Assembly: GCF_036321535.1 (NCBI RefSeq)
Contig: NC_087436.1
Coordinates: forward strand, 35,218,001 to 35,282,000
Direction: 5' to 3'
Source: Camelus dromedarius
Taxonomy: Eukaryota
DNA length: 64,000 nucleotides
The position numbers were made by a program, and so were the translations under genes. Of this stretch, positions 12,991 through 27,900 are shown piece by piece (the first letter of the stretch is position 1; every line of letters begins with the position of its first letter). Under the pieces are notes generated by a model. It had not been told where the DNA came from. It did no database searches and saw only the letters and a list, made by a program, of their open reading frames with translations.

Positions 12991-13171
12991 AGCTCCATAT
13001 TCTTGAGGTAGCATTTGCAAAATAAAGTAGTACAAATTATTCTTTGGTATATTTCTAAAAAATTTAATAAAATTTTCAGCAGATGATTATATGCATTCAC
13101 ATACACATGTAAAATCATTTGTCAAAGTTTTGGAATTAGTTCATCAGATTAGCTGGTGCTTATTTAGAATA

Positions 13172-13533
13172 GTAGTCTTCAAAGTGAGATGGGTGCACAA
13201 AATGATCCACTGGGGTGTCAGAATAATAAGAAACTACTAATGTGTTGTAACATTTAATATATGATGGCTGGTGTCCTCACTCTGTAAGTATGCCACATAG
13301 TTAATTATATATCACATTTGAGGGAAGAGTGTGGGATCCCTATCCCACAGAGGTAGATAGCGGTCCTTTTTCACATTCTTCACTTTCACAGCATTGTAGT
13401 TTACAAGGCTCCTGTTAAAATAGATTTTCACTGTTACTTAAAATAACACATTTCCACAATACTTTGTATCAGATGAAAAGTGCCAATAAAACTCTTCTTT
13501 TTTAAACACATAAAGATTCACTGCTTATCTAAA
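13172..13533 (+). mobile_element. hAT-Charlie DNA transposon remnant, left part
   Basis: Terminal-like gtagtcttcaaagtg...gtgcacaaaatgatccactggggtg. cacataaagattcactgcttatctaaag resembles the coding sequence of the hAT HTEVRWLS motif. Confidence 0.55.
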
Positions 13534-13534
13534 G

Positions 13535-16500
13535 TCTTTTTTCCCCTTAGATGTCTTAGTTTTGGGTTAGTCACACTCCTCTGTTTGTGACACAATTGTA
13601 ATTGGTCCATAGATGTCCCCTCTTTTTTATTACTTATTAACCCTTTTATCTCCATGCCCTACCATCTACCATAAGGAACTATTCTAATGCTTTTAATGGG
13701 GTAGAGTTTTTTTCTTGTAAGTACTCCTATAAAATATGTATTACTGTTTTGTGTTCATGTATTTTAACTTATATAAATATTAATATACATATATTTTATT
13801 ATTTTTCTTACTTGTTTTACTCATCACTATGCTTTTAAGATTTATGCATGTTTGTTTCTATTTGTATATGTAACCTGAGACCTCTAAGTGCTGCTATAGT
13901 ATCTGTAGTGTGTACTCACCATGTTTTACTTAACTGCTCTATTAGTAAAGAATACACGAATTATTTCTGACATTTCTAGAAATGTTTGTACATATCACCA
14001 TTTGTACATATTATCTTTATATTATCTAGAATATAAATCTGGAAGCAAGTTTGAGGGTCATAGAATATGCATGTTATTGCCAACTATTCTCCAGAATAGC
14101 TGTCTGGGAAGTGGAAGTCGATATACCCCTACCAGCAATACATGGAGGTTACCTATAACCCCTTATAGTTACTGGTACTCTGCATTTGCATTTTTTAAGA
14201 TATTGCTGAACTGATGGTATAAGTAAGAAGATATAATCTATACTTACGATTTTATATCTAGAATTGTCTTAATTTGTGTTTTGTTATTTACTAATGAGTT
14301 TGTATTTCATATACTTTTTAATCTTTTGTAAATCTTCCTCTGTAAATTGCTACTTAAATCATTTGCCCCCTTTTCTATTTAAATTAAAAAAAATTTCATA
14401 GAAGTCTTACATGTTCTTTATTAGGTAAATTCCTAGAGATTTTATATTTTCCACTTACCTATTTCTGAAATAGATAAATACACTTGGATCTTTTTTCCAG
14501 TCAATCTTGTGTCCAGAAACCACACTGAATTTTCTTGTTCTAATTTTTTTGGCTTTTCTTTATAGTTAATCATATGTAAGAACATTATAAAATTATCTTT
14601 CCCTTCAAGACTTACATCTGTTATTTTGTTTCCTTTTTAAAAAAATTTGGATGTTGATCAAAACCTAGTCATAAGTTAAACAGTTCCAATGATAGACAAC
14701 ATATTTGTTTTATAGATAGGCCTAACATTAAAGGAAAAACATCTGAAGTTTCATCAACAAATACAGTATTAACTGGTGCATTGTTATATGAAAACTTTTC
14801 AAAAATGAGGAAAATTTATTTTTATTCCTAGATTTTCTAATTATTTGTTGTAAATATATATTAAACTTGACTTTAATCATATTAACTTTTCTGTCTTTTA
14901 AGACACCCATATGATTTATCTCCCTCAGTTTATTAGTGAAGGTATTTCACAGAAAGAGTTCCTGCTATCCATCATCCTTTCAGTCCCAGGATTAAAAATG
15001 CCAATTGATTATGGTATATTTTGTGATATATTGTTAGACTTACCTAGTTAATATTTTGTTTAGGATATTTGCTTCTATGTTTCTAAGACAAATTATTCAG
15101 TACGTCCTTCCTTTTCTTTTTTTCCTTGCTAGTTGTGGGATCAAGATTATACTTATCCTATAGAATAAGCAGGCAGATTTTGCAGCTTTTTATTTTCTAG
15201 AAACACATATACAATATAAAAAATAACTATTTTTTAAAAGTTTGAGTAACATCAAACTATTTTGAGAAGAATTTGAGGAATTATGGTAAAGCAATCTAGA
15301 TTTTGAGAAGTTTGTGGGAGGCTAAGACTATGATTACAACTTCAGTTTCATTAATACTCACTGTTTTGTTTAAGTCTTTTATTTCTTGTTTTACATTTTG
15401 TGTGTTTTATATTTTTCTCCAAGTTTATCCCCTTTAATTAAGTATTCAGATTTACTAATAAATTCTTGTTCATAAGAATCTTTATTATTACCCATTTTTG
15501 GTCATTTCTTTGAGTTCTAACTTCCTGAAAAATATGTACACCTATAAAGCTAAAAGTTTTCTTCTGAATATCATTTAGCTATCATAGACATGTTATCTTT
15601 CAGGTCTAAGTACTTCACAATTTTCCATATGATTTCTCTTTTGATCTAAAGTATATGTGATTTTTGTTTTCAGAAAAGTGAAATTTTGTTAACTATCTTT
15701 TTGTTATTAAATTCTAATTTTATTCTATTATGGCCAAAGAACATGATTTATAAGCTATTTGTTTTAGAATGTATTCAATATTGCTTTGAACAGTAGTAGA
15801 GGTCAATTTTTATAAATTATTCATGTATGATAAAAAGTATATTCTTTCTTTATTAAGTTTAGAGGTTTATAAATACCTAATAGTTGGATCTTACACATTA
15901 CATTATTTATACCTGTCATGTTTGCCATTTTACTTTTTGTCCTGCTTGATATTCTTAGCTATTGAACAGTTATATTAAAAATCTCTAACCACAATGGTTA
16001 ATATATCTATTTCTTCATACATTTCTTTTATATATATATGTATTTTTTTAATTGAAGTATAGTGAGTTTACAATGTTGTATCAATTTCTGGTATACATCA
16101 CAATGCTTCAGTTATATAGGAACATACATATATTTGTTCTCATATTCTTTTTCACCATAGTTACTACAAGATATTGCATATAGTTCCCTGTGCTATAGTT
16201 CCCAAGTTCACTATGAACTTGTTTAATTATTTTATATATATTAGTTAGTATCTGCAAATCTCATAGTCCCAATTTATCCCTTCCCACCCTCTTCCCCACC
16301 CACACTACCATAAGTTTGTTTTCTATGTCTGTGAGTTTGTTTCTGTTTTATAAATAAGTTTGTTTGTCTTTTTTTATTCTTTTAGATTCCACATATAAGT
16401 GATATCATATGGTATTTTTCTTTCTCTTTCTGGCTTACTTCACTTAGAATGACATTCTCCAGGTCCATCCATGTTGCTGAAAATGGTGTTATTTTATTCT

Positions 16501-17248
16501 TTTTTTACAGTTCAGTAGTATTCCATTGTATAAATATACCACAGCTCCTTTATCCAGTCATCTGTCAATGGACATTTAGGTTGTTTCCATGTCTGGGCTA
16601 TTGTAAATAGTGCTGCTATGAACATTGGGGTGCATGTATCCATTTGAATTAAGGTTCCCTTTGGATATATGCCCAGGAGTGGGATTGCTGGATCATATGA
16701 TAAGTCTATTTTTAGTCTTTTGAGGAATCTTCATAGTGTTTTCCATAATGACTGCACCAAACTACATTCCCACCCACAGTGTAAGAGGGTTCCCTTTTCT
16801 CCACATCCTCTCCAGCATTGATCATTTGTGGACTTTTGAGTAATGGCCATTCTGACTGAGGTGATATCTCAGTGTGAGGTGATACCTCATTGTAGTTTTG
16901 ATTTGCATTTCTCTGGTAATTAGTGATACTGAGCATTTTTTCATGTGCCTTTTGGCCATTTGTATGTCTTCATTGGAGAAATGCTTGTTTAGGTCTTCTG
17001 CCCATTTTTGGCTTGGGTTGTTTGTTTTTTTGTTATTATGTTGTATGAGCTCTTTATATATTCTGGAAATGTCTTCATGAATTTCTGTTAGTTGTAACTT
17101 TATATATTTTGAAACTATATTATGAAATATGTCATCATGATGAACCATGATATCTTCATTCTATATTGTTCCTTTTTCCAGTATGCAAAGATCACATTTG
17201 TCTCTTTTCATTGTTTCTTGCCTTGAATTATACCTTGTGAGATACTAG
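13535..17248 (-). mobile_element. Very old, degraded L1 (L1ME-like), interrupted by a younger L1
   Basis: Scattered antisense L1 ORF2/3'UTR-like tracts, for example gtcaatttttataaattattcatgtatg and gttatattaaaaatctctaaccacaatgg. Confidence 0.6.
16027..17071 (-). mobile_element. 5'-truncated lineage-specific LINE-1 with about 15-bp TSD
   Basis: tttttaattgaagtatagtgagtttacaatgttg 3' end; ORF2 C-terminus in ORF 16822..17148 ([11 protein letters not shown]...HMKKCS). TSD tcttcatacatttct (16012-16026) / tcttcatgaatttct (17072-17086). Confidence 0.95.
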
Positions 17249-17249
17249 T

Positions 17250-17470
17250 ACCTGAAAATTAACTATACATTTCCCTTTAAAAAAGACCTGTGGTCCAAAT
17301 TTTCTGACCACTGCTATGAATTCATTTGACTATACGTTCCATTTCAGTGAATAAGACCTAACTGCTTTTTAAAACAAATGTGTGCTATGAAGAGAGAACT
17401 TTGAAAATGGATACTTGGAAATTTTGTTTGTTGTTTTAGATTTTGGTTGCCAATAATAACATAGAAAGAA
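17250..17470 (+). mobile_element. hAT-Charlie remnant, right part
   Basis: tccaaattttctgacc and tttgaaaatggatacttggaaatt resemble recalled Charlie transposase sequence continuing from 13533. Confidence 0.45.
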
Positions 17471-18329
17471 CCCTTACTCCTCAAAATTTTCCACTTGATG
17501 AATGTGGGAGAAGAGAATGGGCATGTGTGGCTCAGGCCCCCTCCCTATTTTTGGGATCTGTCCTTTGTCCATGCAGCAATTGCTTCTGGTATGCAACAGG
17601 CTTGGCAAGAAGATCTGAAGTCCGGGGACTAGTTCAACTCAAGAGGATGTAAAAGAGCAAGCTGATTCGATTGTTTAACTTAGTCACATATTTAACTTAA
17701 GTTTATTAGTAATAAAGCTGACATTTTAATCTCATCCGCCTGACTCTCACATTTACATTCTTAAGTCATTCGAAACTTGGTGAGAAAAAAAAGAGTATTA
17801 TTAGTATTATTATTATTACTACTACTACTACTATTTTTCCTTTTGGTCCTCAAATCCCAAATAGTCCTGTTATGGAAGTGAAGAAACATATATGATTGCT
17901 ATATTCCCAATGCTTTTGCTCAATTAATTGGCTGCAAATATTTGATAATAGCCATAAAAATGACAGTGAAAGTGGGTAGTTGGTATTTGGCCTTTGGTTT
18001 CTGAAGCTCCTGGAAGGCAGGGAATGACCTAACGATTCTTGGTCCAGGAACATCTGGGATCTGGGGAAACAAAATGAGAAAATGGAAATTTGAAAATATA
18101 GAGATTCATTAAGACCAGTCACAGTTTTTAAATTTATCCATGGATTTATCTTATTGCATTCTATCATCACAATGCCTTAATGTTTCTGCTAATAATGGAA
18201 GTACCCAATTGGTTTATTATCCAGTTTTTAAATTATAAAATTATAAATTATAAATTATAAATAGGCCTCTGGCATTCCTTCAGCTATGTAGAGTAGCTAA
18301 AATTTATCAAAGACCTAAATATTTCATGT

Positions 18330-18780
18330 TTGCAGTAGATTAAAGATGGTCAAAAATTCGTTGACACTCTTCCTGTCAAGAGATTGGTTCTGTGTCCCTC
18401 ACTATAAATTTAGTATGCTTTGATGACAGATGTGTCTCTTGGAACATTACTTTTTGGAATCCTAAACCACCACATAAGCAGTCTGATGTTTCTACGCTAA
18501 AAGGCATCCCAAGCTAGCCACATGGAGATACCATACAAAGAAAGGAGGAAACAGCTGACAGACAAAATCAACATGGCTAGTAAAGCCATCTTAATCATCT
18601 CCAGCAGTTAGAGCTACCCAATTTGAGATCCAAGACATCCTGAAGAAGAGAACAGTCATCACTGCTGTGCTGTGCTGTGCCTAAATTCTTCACCCACAAA
18701 ATCATGAACATAATAAAATAGTTGTTTTATGTTATTCGGCTTTGGGGAGATTTGCTTCATAGTTATAGATTATGGGATAA
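18330..18780 (+). mobile_element. MLT1H-like MaLR LTR
   Basis: gtagattaaagatggtcaaaaattcgttgacactcttcctg start and aaatcatgaacataataaaatagttgtttta end. Confidence 0.75.
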
Positions 18781-20734
18781 TCATTGAGTCAGAATTTGTA
18801 TATACATATATAAATATATTTGTGTACATGTATGTGTATAAATGCATGTGTATGTGTATATATAATATATGTAGGTATCTTAAAGGAACTATCTGAAATA
18901 GATTTCAATTATCCATTCAATTTTTTTAGTTATAATTATGTCAAACTTACAATAAGAATGTATATTATTATTTCAAAGAAATGTCATTTAATTCAGTTAG
19001 TATCCTCATTTGTCAAATACCTGGAAGCAAACTGATATGCCAAATAAGACTAAAAAAAATATTTCTTAATTCTTGATCTCGATAAAAGCCACATTGCTTT
19101 TATCTATCTTTTGTGCTTTATAAGGGTCGTGCATTTTTTATAATGGGCCAGTCTAAAAGACACTGACTCAGAAAGCTTGATTCTTTTTTAAAGTGTTACC
19201 TATTTCTGCTTTTTCTTTGTTATAAAAATCTCTCTTCAAACACAACAATGGGTTTGGCCAGAAAAACTCTTTTTGAAAAAGAAGTAATTTTAATAACATG
19301 AGTAATAAATATTGCAGTTTGTTAAAACAAAGCACAGTGTTTGTTCTCTGAAAGCATTTATATGAATGTATAGGTTATTTGTAACACTGAAAATCCTTAT
19401 TTAAAAAAAAAAGGCTGCAACATGATTTTAATAAGAATATTTCAGGAATTTGTCTATCTTTTGACACATCTTTGACTAGAGAGTACTTCCATTGAAGAGA
19501 AACTAAGTTATTAAGAAAGCAATACCTAAGTATAAATGAGTCAATGTCTTAATTATGGAGATATTCTTTCTATTTTAAAATGGAATTATAGAAGGAGGTA
19601 CTGATGTCTCTTAATAAAAGAGGGGAAAGTACATTTTGAGCATTTAATTCTCATCAATAAAGTGACTTTAATTTTAAATGAAAGAGAACTCTCATTTCCA
19701 AGGTCAAAAGTGGTGCTAACAAGTAACTCTTCTTCCTGGGGCTTAGTTCTGAAGTTCAAAAGATTATTAGGTGACTTTTACCAGTCTCCGGAAAGCAAAG
19801 GATTTTTTGCCTCAGTTAAATGGTACTTTTCCAATCTATTTGTGTGGGGGATTCAGGCATTGAAGTTACTAATTATCATTATTAGGTGTGACGAGATTTC
19901 CATTTATCAATTAAAAATGCACTTCAGTCTGAACTCCCAGGGTTTTGATCTTCTGCTATAACAGAATGATAAAAAGTGTCATGGATAGTCAGTTTTAACT
20001 TACGTTTCTGCTTTAAGTAGTCCTGCAAACATAGACTTGTCCATCTATCCCCCTGAGACAGATTTCATCCCTTTGTGATTACTCAGAGTGGCCACTAAAG
20101 GTCACTCTTACTCCATTTTCTCAGGCCAGTTTTGAAACATGAGCCCAGGTATTAAAATCTGTGAATCTCCTATCTTTGCACTAGCACAGGATGCACTTGG
20201 GATGGAATATTTGGGGGCCAAGGAGTACTAGTTAGCATACCCATCCAATTCAGAAAGAAGCAAAATCTACCTGTGTAAGTGAGAAGTTTGAAACAGAAGG
20301 TTTGTGATACAGCCTCGCACTGATACATTTCTAGGAACTTCATCAAAGTTCATAAAGTTTATTTTAAACTGGACACTGGCAGATGTGAAATTCAGTGATT
20401 ATATTCTGGCCCACAATGAAAATGTTTTATTTAAAAGAGAAATAAATCTTTTTCAGGAAACACATTTAAAACCTCAAATATTTATTGAGTTAATAAATTA
20501 CAACTGATCATATTTGGAGAGGGGAAAGAAAGTTGAAAATAGCACTTGCCAAGAATTTAACAGCTTAAATCATCTGTAAAAGTAAAGACATTACATGTAA
20601 GAGCTATTTCCTTTTTACACATTAGAGTTTTGGATATTTAGGAAATGCTCATATTTAAAAGTCTTGGATTTCTTAGGTAAAGGAAAGATCATATTTTTCT
20701 GCACAATATACAGGAATTACTTCAAATAACCAGT

Positions 20735-21460
20735 ATAAATGCTTAATCTCACTAATAATCAGGAGAACATAAATTAAATCAATTAAAGATCTGTTTAACT
20801 GTAAAAATGACCAAAAAAATTTAATGGGGAAATATCAAGTACTAATATTGTGGGCAAGTACATCACATTTTTCTGGGATGGTAAATAAGTGGTGACATTT
20901 GGCACTCTCTGGTGAAATAGAATGTGAATTCTTACAGATCTGACAATTTACTTCTAGGATTTACCTTAGGGAAACACTCATTTGTTCAAGGAAGTATGTA
21001 TAATAAGTTATGGTGAAAAAAGTAGCACAATCTAAAGTTAATTATTGAGAGACTGTCTAATTCTGTATCACAGAATATCATTCATTAGTTAAAAAGAATT
21101 ATTCTTTATGAGCTATGATGGAAAGTTTTTTAAAGACATTTAAATGATGAAAAATTGAAATGCTATTAGATATGTAGAGTAGAATAGTGTACCTCTTAAT
21201 TTACAAAATTATAATGTTGGTTTGAGTCACATAAAATTGCTAATGGTCAGCTATCTTCAATCTACAAATTTCATATGGTTCAATACATACATAGAAATAC
21301 TGAGAAAGTAAACTAGCTTTTTCTATGACCTAAGATTAGAGTAGTGATATGAGGAGACTTTTAATTTTTAAATATCTTAAAGTGTTTTTTTAATTTTTTA
21401 AATATTTAAAATATTTTTGCAAGGAGAATGTACTTATATATTGTGTAAATACAAGTTATT
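20735..21460 (+). mobile_element. Old L1ME-like 3' remnant
   Basis: aaatgcttaatctcactaataatcagg and caatttacttctaggatttaccttagggaaacactc. Confidence 0.55.
21215..21290. mobile_element. MADE2-like mariner MITE remnant
   Basis: About 75 bp with degenerate inverted ends ttgagtcacataaaattg / aaatttcatatggttcaa. Confidence 0.6.
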
Positions 21461-23084
21461 AAACAGATATGTGATTTTCCCCCAAATTTTAAATCATTTA
21501 CATTCATATGTATGTATTATATAAATTATATATAATATATATATTTGCTATATATATATATCTCCAGGTAAAATATTAAGCATTCCTGTTAGCAGATGTC
21601 AGCAAAAGTCAACTTGCCTGTCAATAAATAAAATATGTTGGATAAAAGTAGCTTGAAGTCCTATTCTGGGTCCTCTAAAAAAGCCAACTCTCTCCCCAAG
21701 ACATACTGTACAAATTTGTAGGGCTAACTTCCCATGCTAACCTCTGATTCAGATCATCTTATGCTAAACTATTCTAGTTACTTTCAACAGACTTTTCAGA
21801 AGCAAGGAATGGGTTTTTCCCTTGCCCTTTCCCTTCCCCTTTTTTACCCACAGAGCAGTCCCAACAATAACAATGAACTTTGTAGATGTTTCTGGTGATT
21901 TAGAAAGATAGAGGGGTTTACATCACAGCATATAATTGTGTTTAAAGAATACATTCCTTTTCTTAATAGTTTCCTGTTTTATTTCTGCCCACTCGGGCTC
22001 TGACTTCCCTACTTGTTTTTCACCCATCCTTCCAACCACCTTTCATGGATTGTCACTAAGAATCACAATTACCTATATCTCTGTTAATGGACAGAGCAAT
22101 TCAACTCTCTCCAAGATCTTGTTCCAACTCAGGTTGACATTCATTTTTGCCTATGCCAACCTTCCAGGATCCTCTGATGAACAATGTCATCTTATCCTTT
22201 AATGCTATTTACTTTCTCTAGAACACAACTCTGAGTTAAGTTGTGGTTATAATTTTTCACTTTTGACTGGTATATAGATTAAACAAAGTATGGCCTTGGT
22301 CCTCATAGATCTCAGAATCTGGGAGGAAATAGATAAGCCTAAACAAAGTTTAGTTATTATATAAATTTGGATAACTTTGATTTAAAACTAGTTGAATATG
22401 TTTCTTAACTGCACTTCTGAGCACACTGAGAACAGTTATTATGCATAGGGATTCTTCAACAGACATATCTAGTATATGTCATTTCAAACCTCTTTGAAGA
22501 CAAAACTCTTACAGAAAGAGAGTTCTGTAAAACCTGCAATTGAAAACTGGTTAGCACCTAATTGCAATACAGTGCAAAAAATGTTAAACCACTAATATAA
22601 GACAACAAAAGAAAAAAATCAGTAATTGTTCCTTGGAGGAAAGAATCAGGAAAAATTTCAAAGAAAAGTAACATTTAAATGTGAACTTGAAATATAATTT
22701 TCTGAGCATTTCCTTGCTCCAATTAATTCTACAAATTGTTGTCAGAGTAACCTTCCCAAAGCACAGTTCTTATCATGTTACTTCTGAGGTCTGCACATCA
22801 AGTATCCTACTTAAGGTTCCTTTCATTCTTGTTCAAACTTACTATTATAGACTTACTTTCCTCTTCTTTCTCTCATGTGGTATATGCTCTATACAAATTA
22901 ACCCTTGATATCAATCCCTCATATATTATAGGTGCTCAATGAAGTAATATTTTCAATGAGCATGAATGATCTCTCCAAATGGTAGCAAATGTACAGTGAT
23001 CTTGATATATTTTTAAACCTTTAGCATATAATAACTTATTTGATAAAAATAGTCATAAAAACAGCAGAAAGTTATTATTATCCA

Positions 23085-24030
23085 TGTAACCGGCATACAC
23101 AGTACACTCAATTCCCTTATACTTTTGTCTCCCTCTGATCCTTAAACATTGTTCTCAGTGGAGAACAATGCTCCCCTACCCCAAAGTGAAAACTTCAGTT
23201 AGTTGCAGGGCTTTTCTGCCAATTTTTAATTATAGAATGCCTTATGGTCACAAGTTATGAAGACAGCCTCAGTTCAGTAAATGGTGCCACTCCAAACATA
23301 ACCTACCATTCAATCTCATCTTTTGTAGCTGACACCAGCCTTCAGCTAGATGCCAACAAAAAAGAGACCATGAGCTTGCTGCTTCCAATTGTTGCCTGCT
23401 CTTCTTCTCTGATACTCCAGCGTGCTGTTTCGCTCCAACCAGAATCTAAAATGATCGGGAAGAGGACAGGTAGGTAGGGGCAGGAGGATACTTTTCACTC
23501 CACACTGAGGGGCTTCTATCTCCTGAGGTTGGCAGATACTAAAATGGATTCTTTTTGGTGGAGTTTCCTGAGGATCTTAATATGAACTCAGCAGAATCAT
23601 GCTCTCTTTGGCAGATGGGTCTTGTGTCCCCTGCCTCGGACACCTTCTTGGGATTCCTGTCTCATCACTGGGTGTCTGTCAGCATGCATCCAGTCTTTCT
23701 GCTAAGATTTCTGCTCTCTTCCCCACGGCCCTATTGAATAGGACCTCAAGTGACCCCTCCGTTTTGCATGGCCCACTTATGGAGAGAGGAAACACTTGTG
23801 AATCCTTTGCCCCCCAAAATTGAATGAACTCTGGGCTTGCAGCTCTCCCCTACATCTAGGCTTCCCCACACAGTTTGCCAGCCTTTTCATTGCTCTCAAG
23901 ATTTCCTGGACAAGAGAGGGATCCAGTTCAGAGTTCTCTCAGTCACAAGTCCTCCATTTCTCCACCCTCTGGACTTTCTTGTATTTTCTAGTAGATAAAG
24001 AGAGTCAGTAGTCAAGTTCTTGGCTATTTC
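23085..24030. mobile_element. Possible ancient LTR element (family unassigned)
   Basis: GC-richer block starting tgtaacc with LTR-like texture; no diagnostic motif. Confidence 0.25.
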
Positions 24031-25679
24031 CTATGAAAATTTTCATATGCAGATTTATCTCACAGATTGATATATGATAACTTATGGGAAGAGACTGCAG
24101 TGAAAACTGAAGAAGGAAGGATCAGATTCTGATATCCCCTTATACTCATTTTTACCAGAGGGAAAAAAGGAAAGAGAGAAGTTAGTTTTCTAGACCTTAC
24201 CAAGCATGTCACAGGTTTTTGGCACTGTGTAGGCCCTGATTATGATTAAGATCAGATCACCTGACAGTGAGATGGGTACAAAAGCTTAGAGAAATTTTAT
24301 TTTGATTTAGAAAAGTAAATAAATGAAATTGGCATTTCTTTACTCAAGTGTTTTGGTGTCAAATTTATACTGGCCCCACAAGATAAACCAAGGCCTCCTG
24401 CCTCCTTCCAGTGATTTTCCTACTATGGGATGTTTAAACACCTAAGAAAAAAGGTATACACATCCTGTGTGGTACTTTGTAGAAATGGATACAGTTTGAG
24501 TTATTTTTAGTCTATGGTGGAAGCCATAGCAAATGGTGAAATTTAATCAGAAACCATGATGATAGTTTATTAACCAAAAGTTAAAAAAGAAAGTTTTACT
24601 TATATTTTTAAATCAATTAAGTATTCCCCAAAAGTGATACTCATGACCTAAATAAATGGAAATACAACTTAATTTTGTGTTTTTGTTTGCTAAGGAGCAA
24701 TATTACATAAAACCTCCACACTGATGATGAACAAGATATGTTAAAGCAGAAATTAATTTATAAAGAAAATATGGTCATTTTCTTATTTATGTTTACTCTA
24801 ATGGTACCTATTAAAAGGGTATTTCTATGAATCACAAATGAAAAATATTAATGAATATATCAATAATTATATAATAGATCTTGACTCGTAGAATGAACAT
24901 TGTCACCATTTCTATTCACTACTCACCAAATACAGGATCTTGTTCATAAACTTCTTCATGCAAGTATACTGTCTGTCTCCAAAGAGAAATCAGGTGAAAA
25001 TAAAAGCTCTGTTTCCAAAGTCACTTTTATTTAAAGAAACAATCTAATTCCTCACACATCTCTCCAAAACAGCAAACAACTAAAATGGCATAAGATTTGC
25101 CAGAGTCCAGAATGTCAATAATTTTACTTTGGCTAATAATTAAGGGATTTACTTGCCTTTTTCATGTGATTCAGCTTAGTAGAGAGTATTGTTTCAAATT
25201 TTCACATGCACAGAGATTTCAATTTAAAAATTTTTAAATCTTTCATTTTCCTAATAGATGCTACTGCAACTAAATACTTTCAAAGCATTCAATTCTATAT
25301 TTAAGGAAATAATTGTTTCTGTTTCCTAACTAATGGTACCTACAACACCCATGTCAAATTTAAGAGGATTTCCAAGGTTATCAAAACTTTTCAAAACTTC
25401 CAAACTCTATTCTTTACTAATAGTTTTCTCCACCCAGTATTTATACCTCCTTTCCCCATACCAAAATAATTCTAAGATCTTGAGCAAGGAATGTCATTTT
25501 ATTAATGACATTTTAATTAATGACATGAATGATATCATTTTATTAATGACATTGCCAGTTATCTCAGACTTTCTCTTATTTTTATCCTTAATGATCAAGG
25601 AAATATTGACATGACAAAATGGACTGTGCTCTGATAAGATCTGGCTGTTTAAAATAGAAACTACTGTGAGATTTATCTT

Positions 25680-26220
25680 TTTAAAATGCTTACTAATTGT
25701 ACAAAGTGCTACAGGTGTTAGTAGAAACAGAATAGCGAATCTATAAAAACCCACATACTAAGGTCCTCTGCTTTATGACAAAGGCAACTTTTTTTCCTGC
25801 TGTGAAGTGGGAAAGCATGGTCTTATTTTTTCAAAAGTACTTCAGCAATTGAATATAAAGAGAAAAAGTATCTTGACATTAACCTCATGTCACACACAAA
25901 AGTCAATTCCAGGTGTACAGAAGATGTAAATGTGAAAAGGAAAACAATAAAGCTTTTAGAGTCCAATACAATAGCCACTGGTCATCAACTGTTTACAATG
26001 TAAAAAGTCAGTTCCTTGCTCACACTAGTCACATTTTAAGTTATCAGTCAGTACATATGTCTAGTAATTACTACATTGGACAAAGCAGGATAGAACATTT
26101 TAATCATCTCAGAAAGACCGTGTAGTAGCAACAATCTGTTTACTAGGACACAAAAAGCGCTAACAATAAAGGGAAAAATTATATACATATTAGAAGGGAA
26201 AACTAGAAACTTCTGTTAAT
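25680..26220 (+). mobile_element. Old L1 ORF2 remnant containing a MER3-like hAT insert (about 25965-26135)
   Basis: L1-like tttatgacaaaggca and cacacacaaaagtcaattccagg. MER3-like cacactagtcacattttaag...tacattggacaaagcaggatagaacatttt. Confidence 0.6.
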
Positions 26221-27339
26221 ATACTTTACCTTCATGAAATCATAAAAATGAAAAGAATTTTAGTGCTATAAAACTATAAACCATAAATAGACATTTAATG
26301 TGGTAAGTGAGATATTTTACATCAATTAACTTGCTATTTTTTTTATTTAAGAGTGCAGAGCTGTACATTCAGGTCCAGTTCTATTTTCAGTATTTCTTGG
26401 AACTTTACTAATACCACTACCAGTGATGTGTACTACATTATCATGTTACTCAATAAGTTAATACATTAAGGATTTGTTTATTAGTTTAGGAGAATCATTA
26501 TCCAGGCCCAGATCAGTTCCTCCCCAAGTTTATACCATCTTAATAAATAGCATTACCATTCATTTTATCTGGTTGCTCAGTTAAAAATAGAGTAGTCATG
26601 CATGATTTTTCCTTCTCGCACACAAAAACTTAATCCATTTCTGGATGTCCTTAAGGGCACCACCTACATTCACTACCAGGTTTATCTATCAATAGAAGAA
26701 TGTTTGAAGTAACAATCCAGAGTTAAGGATTCAACAGATTTTGTTTTTCCCTCAGGCACTCTCTTGACAGGCCTGTAATGAAAAATAAGAGAAAGATGGT
26801 CAGAAGTCAAAATTTCAAACATTTCAAAGTTCAGTTTGTGCCATATTGTTCTTACCATGCTAAATCTTTTACCACTCACTTGAAAGTGAATTTATTACAT
26901 GTTCAAAGAGGTTGTTCAGATGCCTGCTCTGCTTGGTTTTCATCAGTACAGAGAGGCTGAGATGAATAAAACTTACAGGAGAGAATATCAGAGAAAGGAC
27001 TTGAAGCAGTAAGTGTGCAGAAGCTCTTTACTCTGGGACAAGAGGAGAGGAGAGAGAGCCACTCTCTGATGGAAGCCCCAAAAGAGGTGGGCTCACCTCC
27101 ACATGAAGGAGTGTGGCACAACTTTCTGAGGCTGTGACAGAGACCAGATTATCCTATGATGTCACTGTGGCTGGTTTGGAACTGGTTTTGGCCACACCAC
27201 TCATGACCTTATGTCATTATTTGGCCTTGGAACAAAATTCTCTGAGTCTTTGGTTTTAGCCATTGTTTCTTTTAATAGTAGTATAGGCAACTTTGTCATC
27301 ATCTAATTGTTTAATATCAATAATAATAGTAATATTTGT

Positions 27340-27900
27340 CAATATCAACTGTTTACTTTATGCCAGGCATTGTTTAACACGCTTCACATGCATTGAACAC
27401 CCCCTTTTACCAACAACTCTCGAAGTAGGTACAGTCAGCCCTGCAAATCCATGGGTTCTGCATCTTCTGATTCAACCAAACTCAACTGAAAATAATTTTT
27501 TTAATTTTTCAGAGATTTCCAAAAAGCAAAACTTCAATTTTCTGCCTGTCAGCAACCATTTACATTGTATTCACAACTATTTACACAGCATTAGATTGTA
27601 TTAGATATTATAAGTAATCTAGAGAGGATTTAAAATATCCTGGAGGATGCATGTCAGTTATATGCAAATACTATGCCATTTTATGTAAATAACTTGATTT
27701 TGGTATCTGAGGGGGGTCCTGGAGCCAATCCCCCATGGATACCAAGGAACAACTGTACTATAATTGTCCCATTTTATAGATATTGAAACTGAAGCATAAA
27801 GGGAGCTAAGTTATTTGCCCAAAATTACACAATCGATGAGAGACAAAGCTTGGATTAGAACTCAGGCATCTGACTTCAGATTCCAAGATCTTAATCATTT
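27340..27900. mobile_element. MIR split by a Tigger insertion
   Basis: tatgccaggcattg...caacaactctcgaagtaggta resumes as ctataattgtcccattttatagatattgaaactgaagcat. Confidence 0.75.
27432..27755. mobile_element. Tigger3a/MER7-like Tc1-mariner non-autonomous element
   Basis: TA-flanked (27430-31, 27756-57). TIR-like ends cagtcagccctgcaaatccatggg / cccatggataccaaggaacaactg. Confidence 0.85.
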
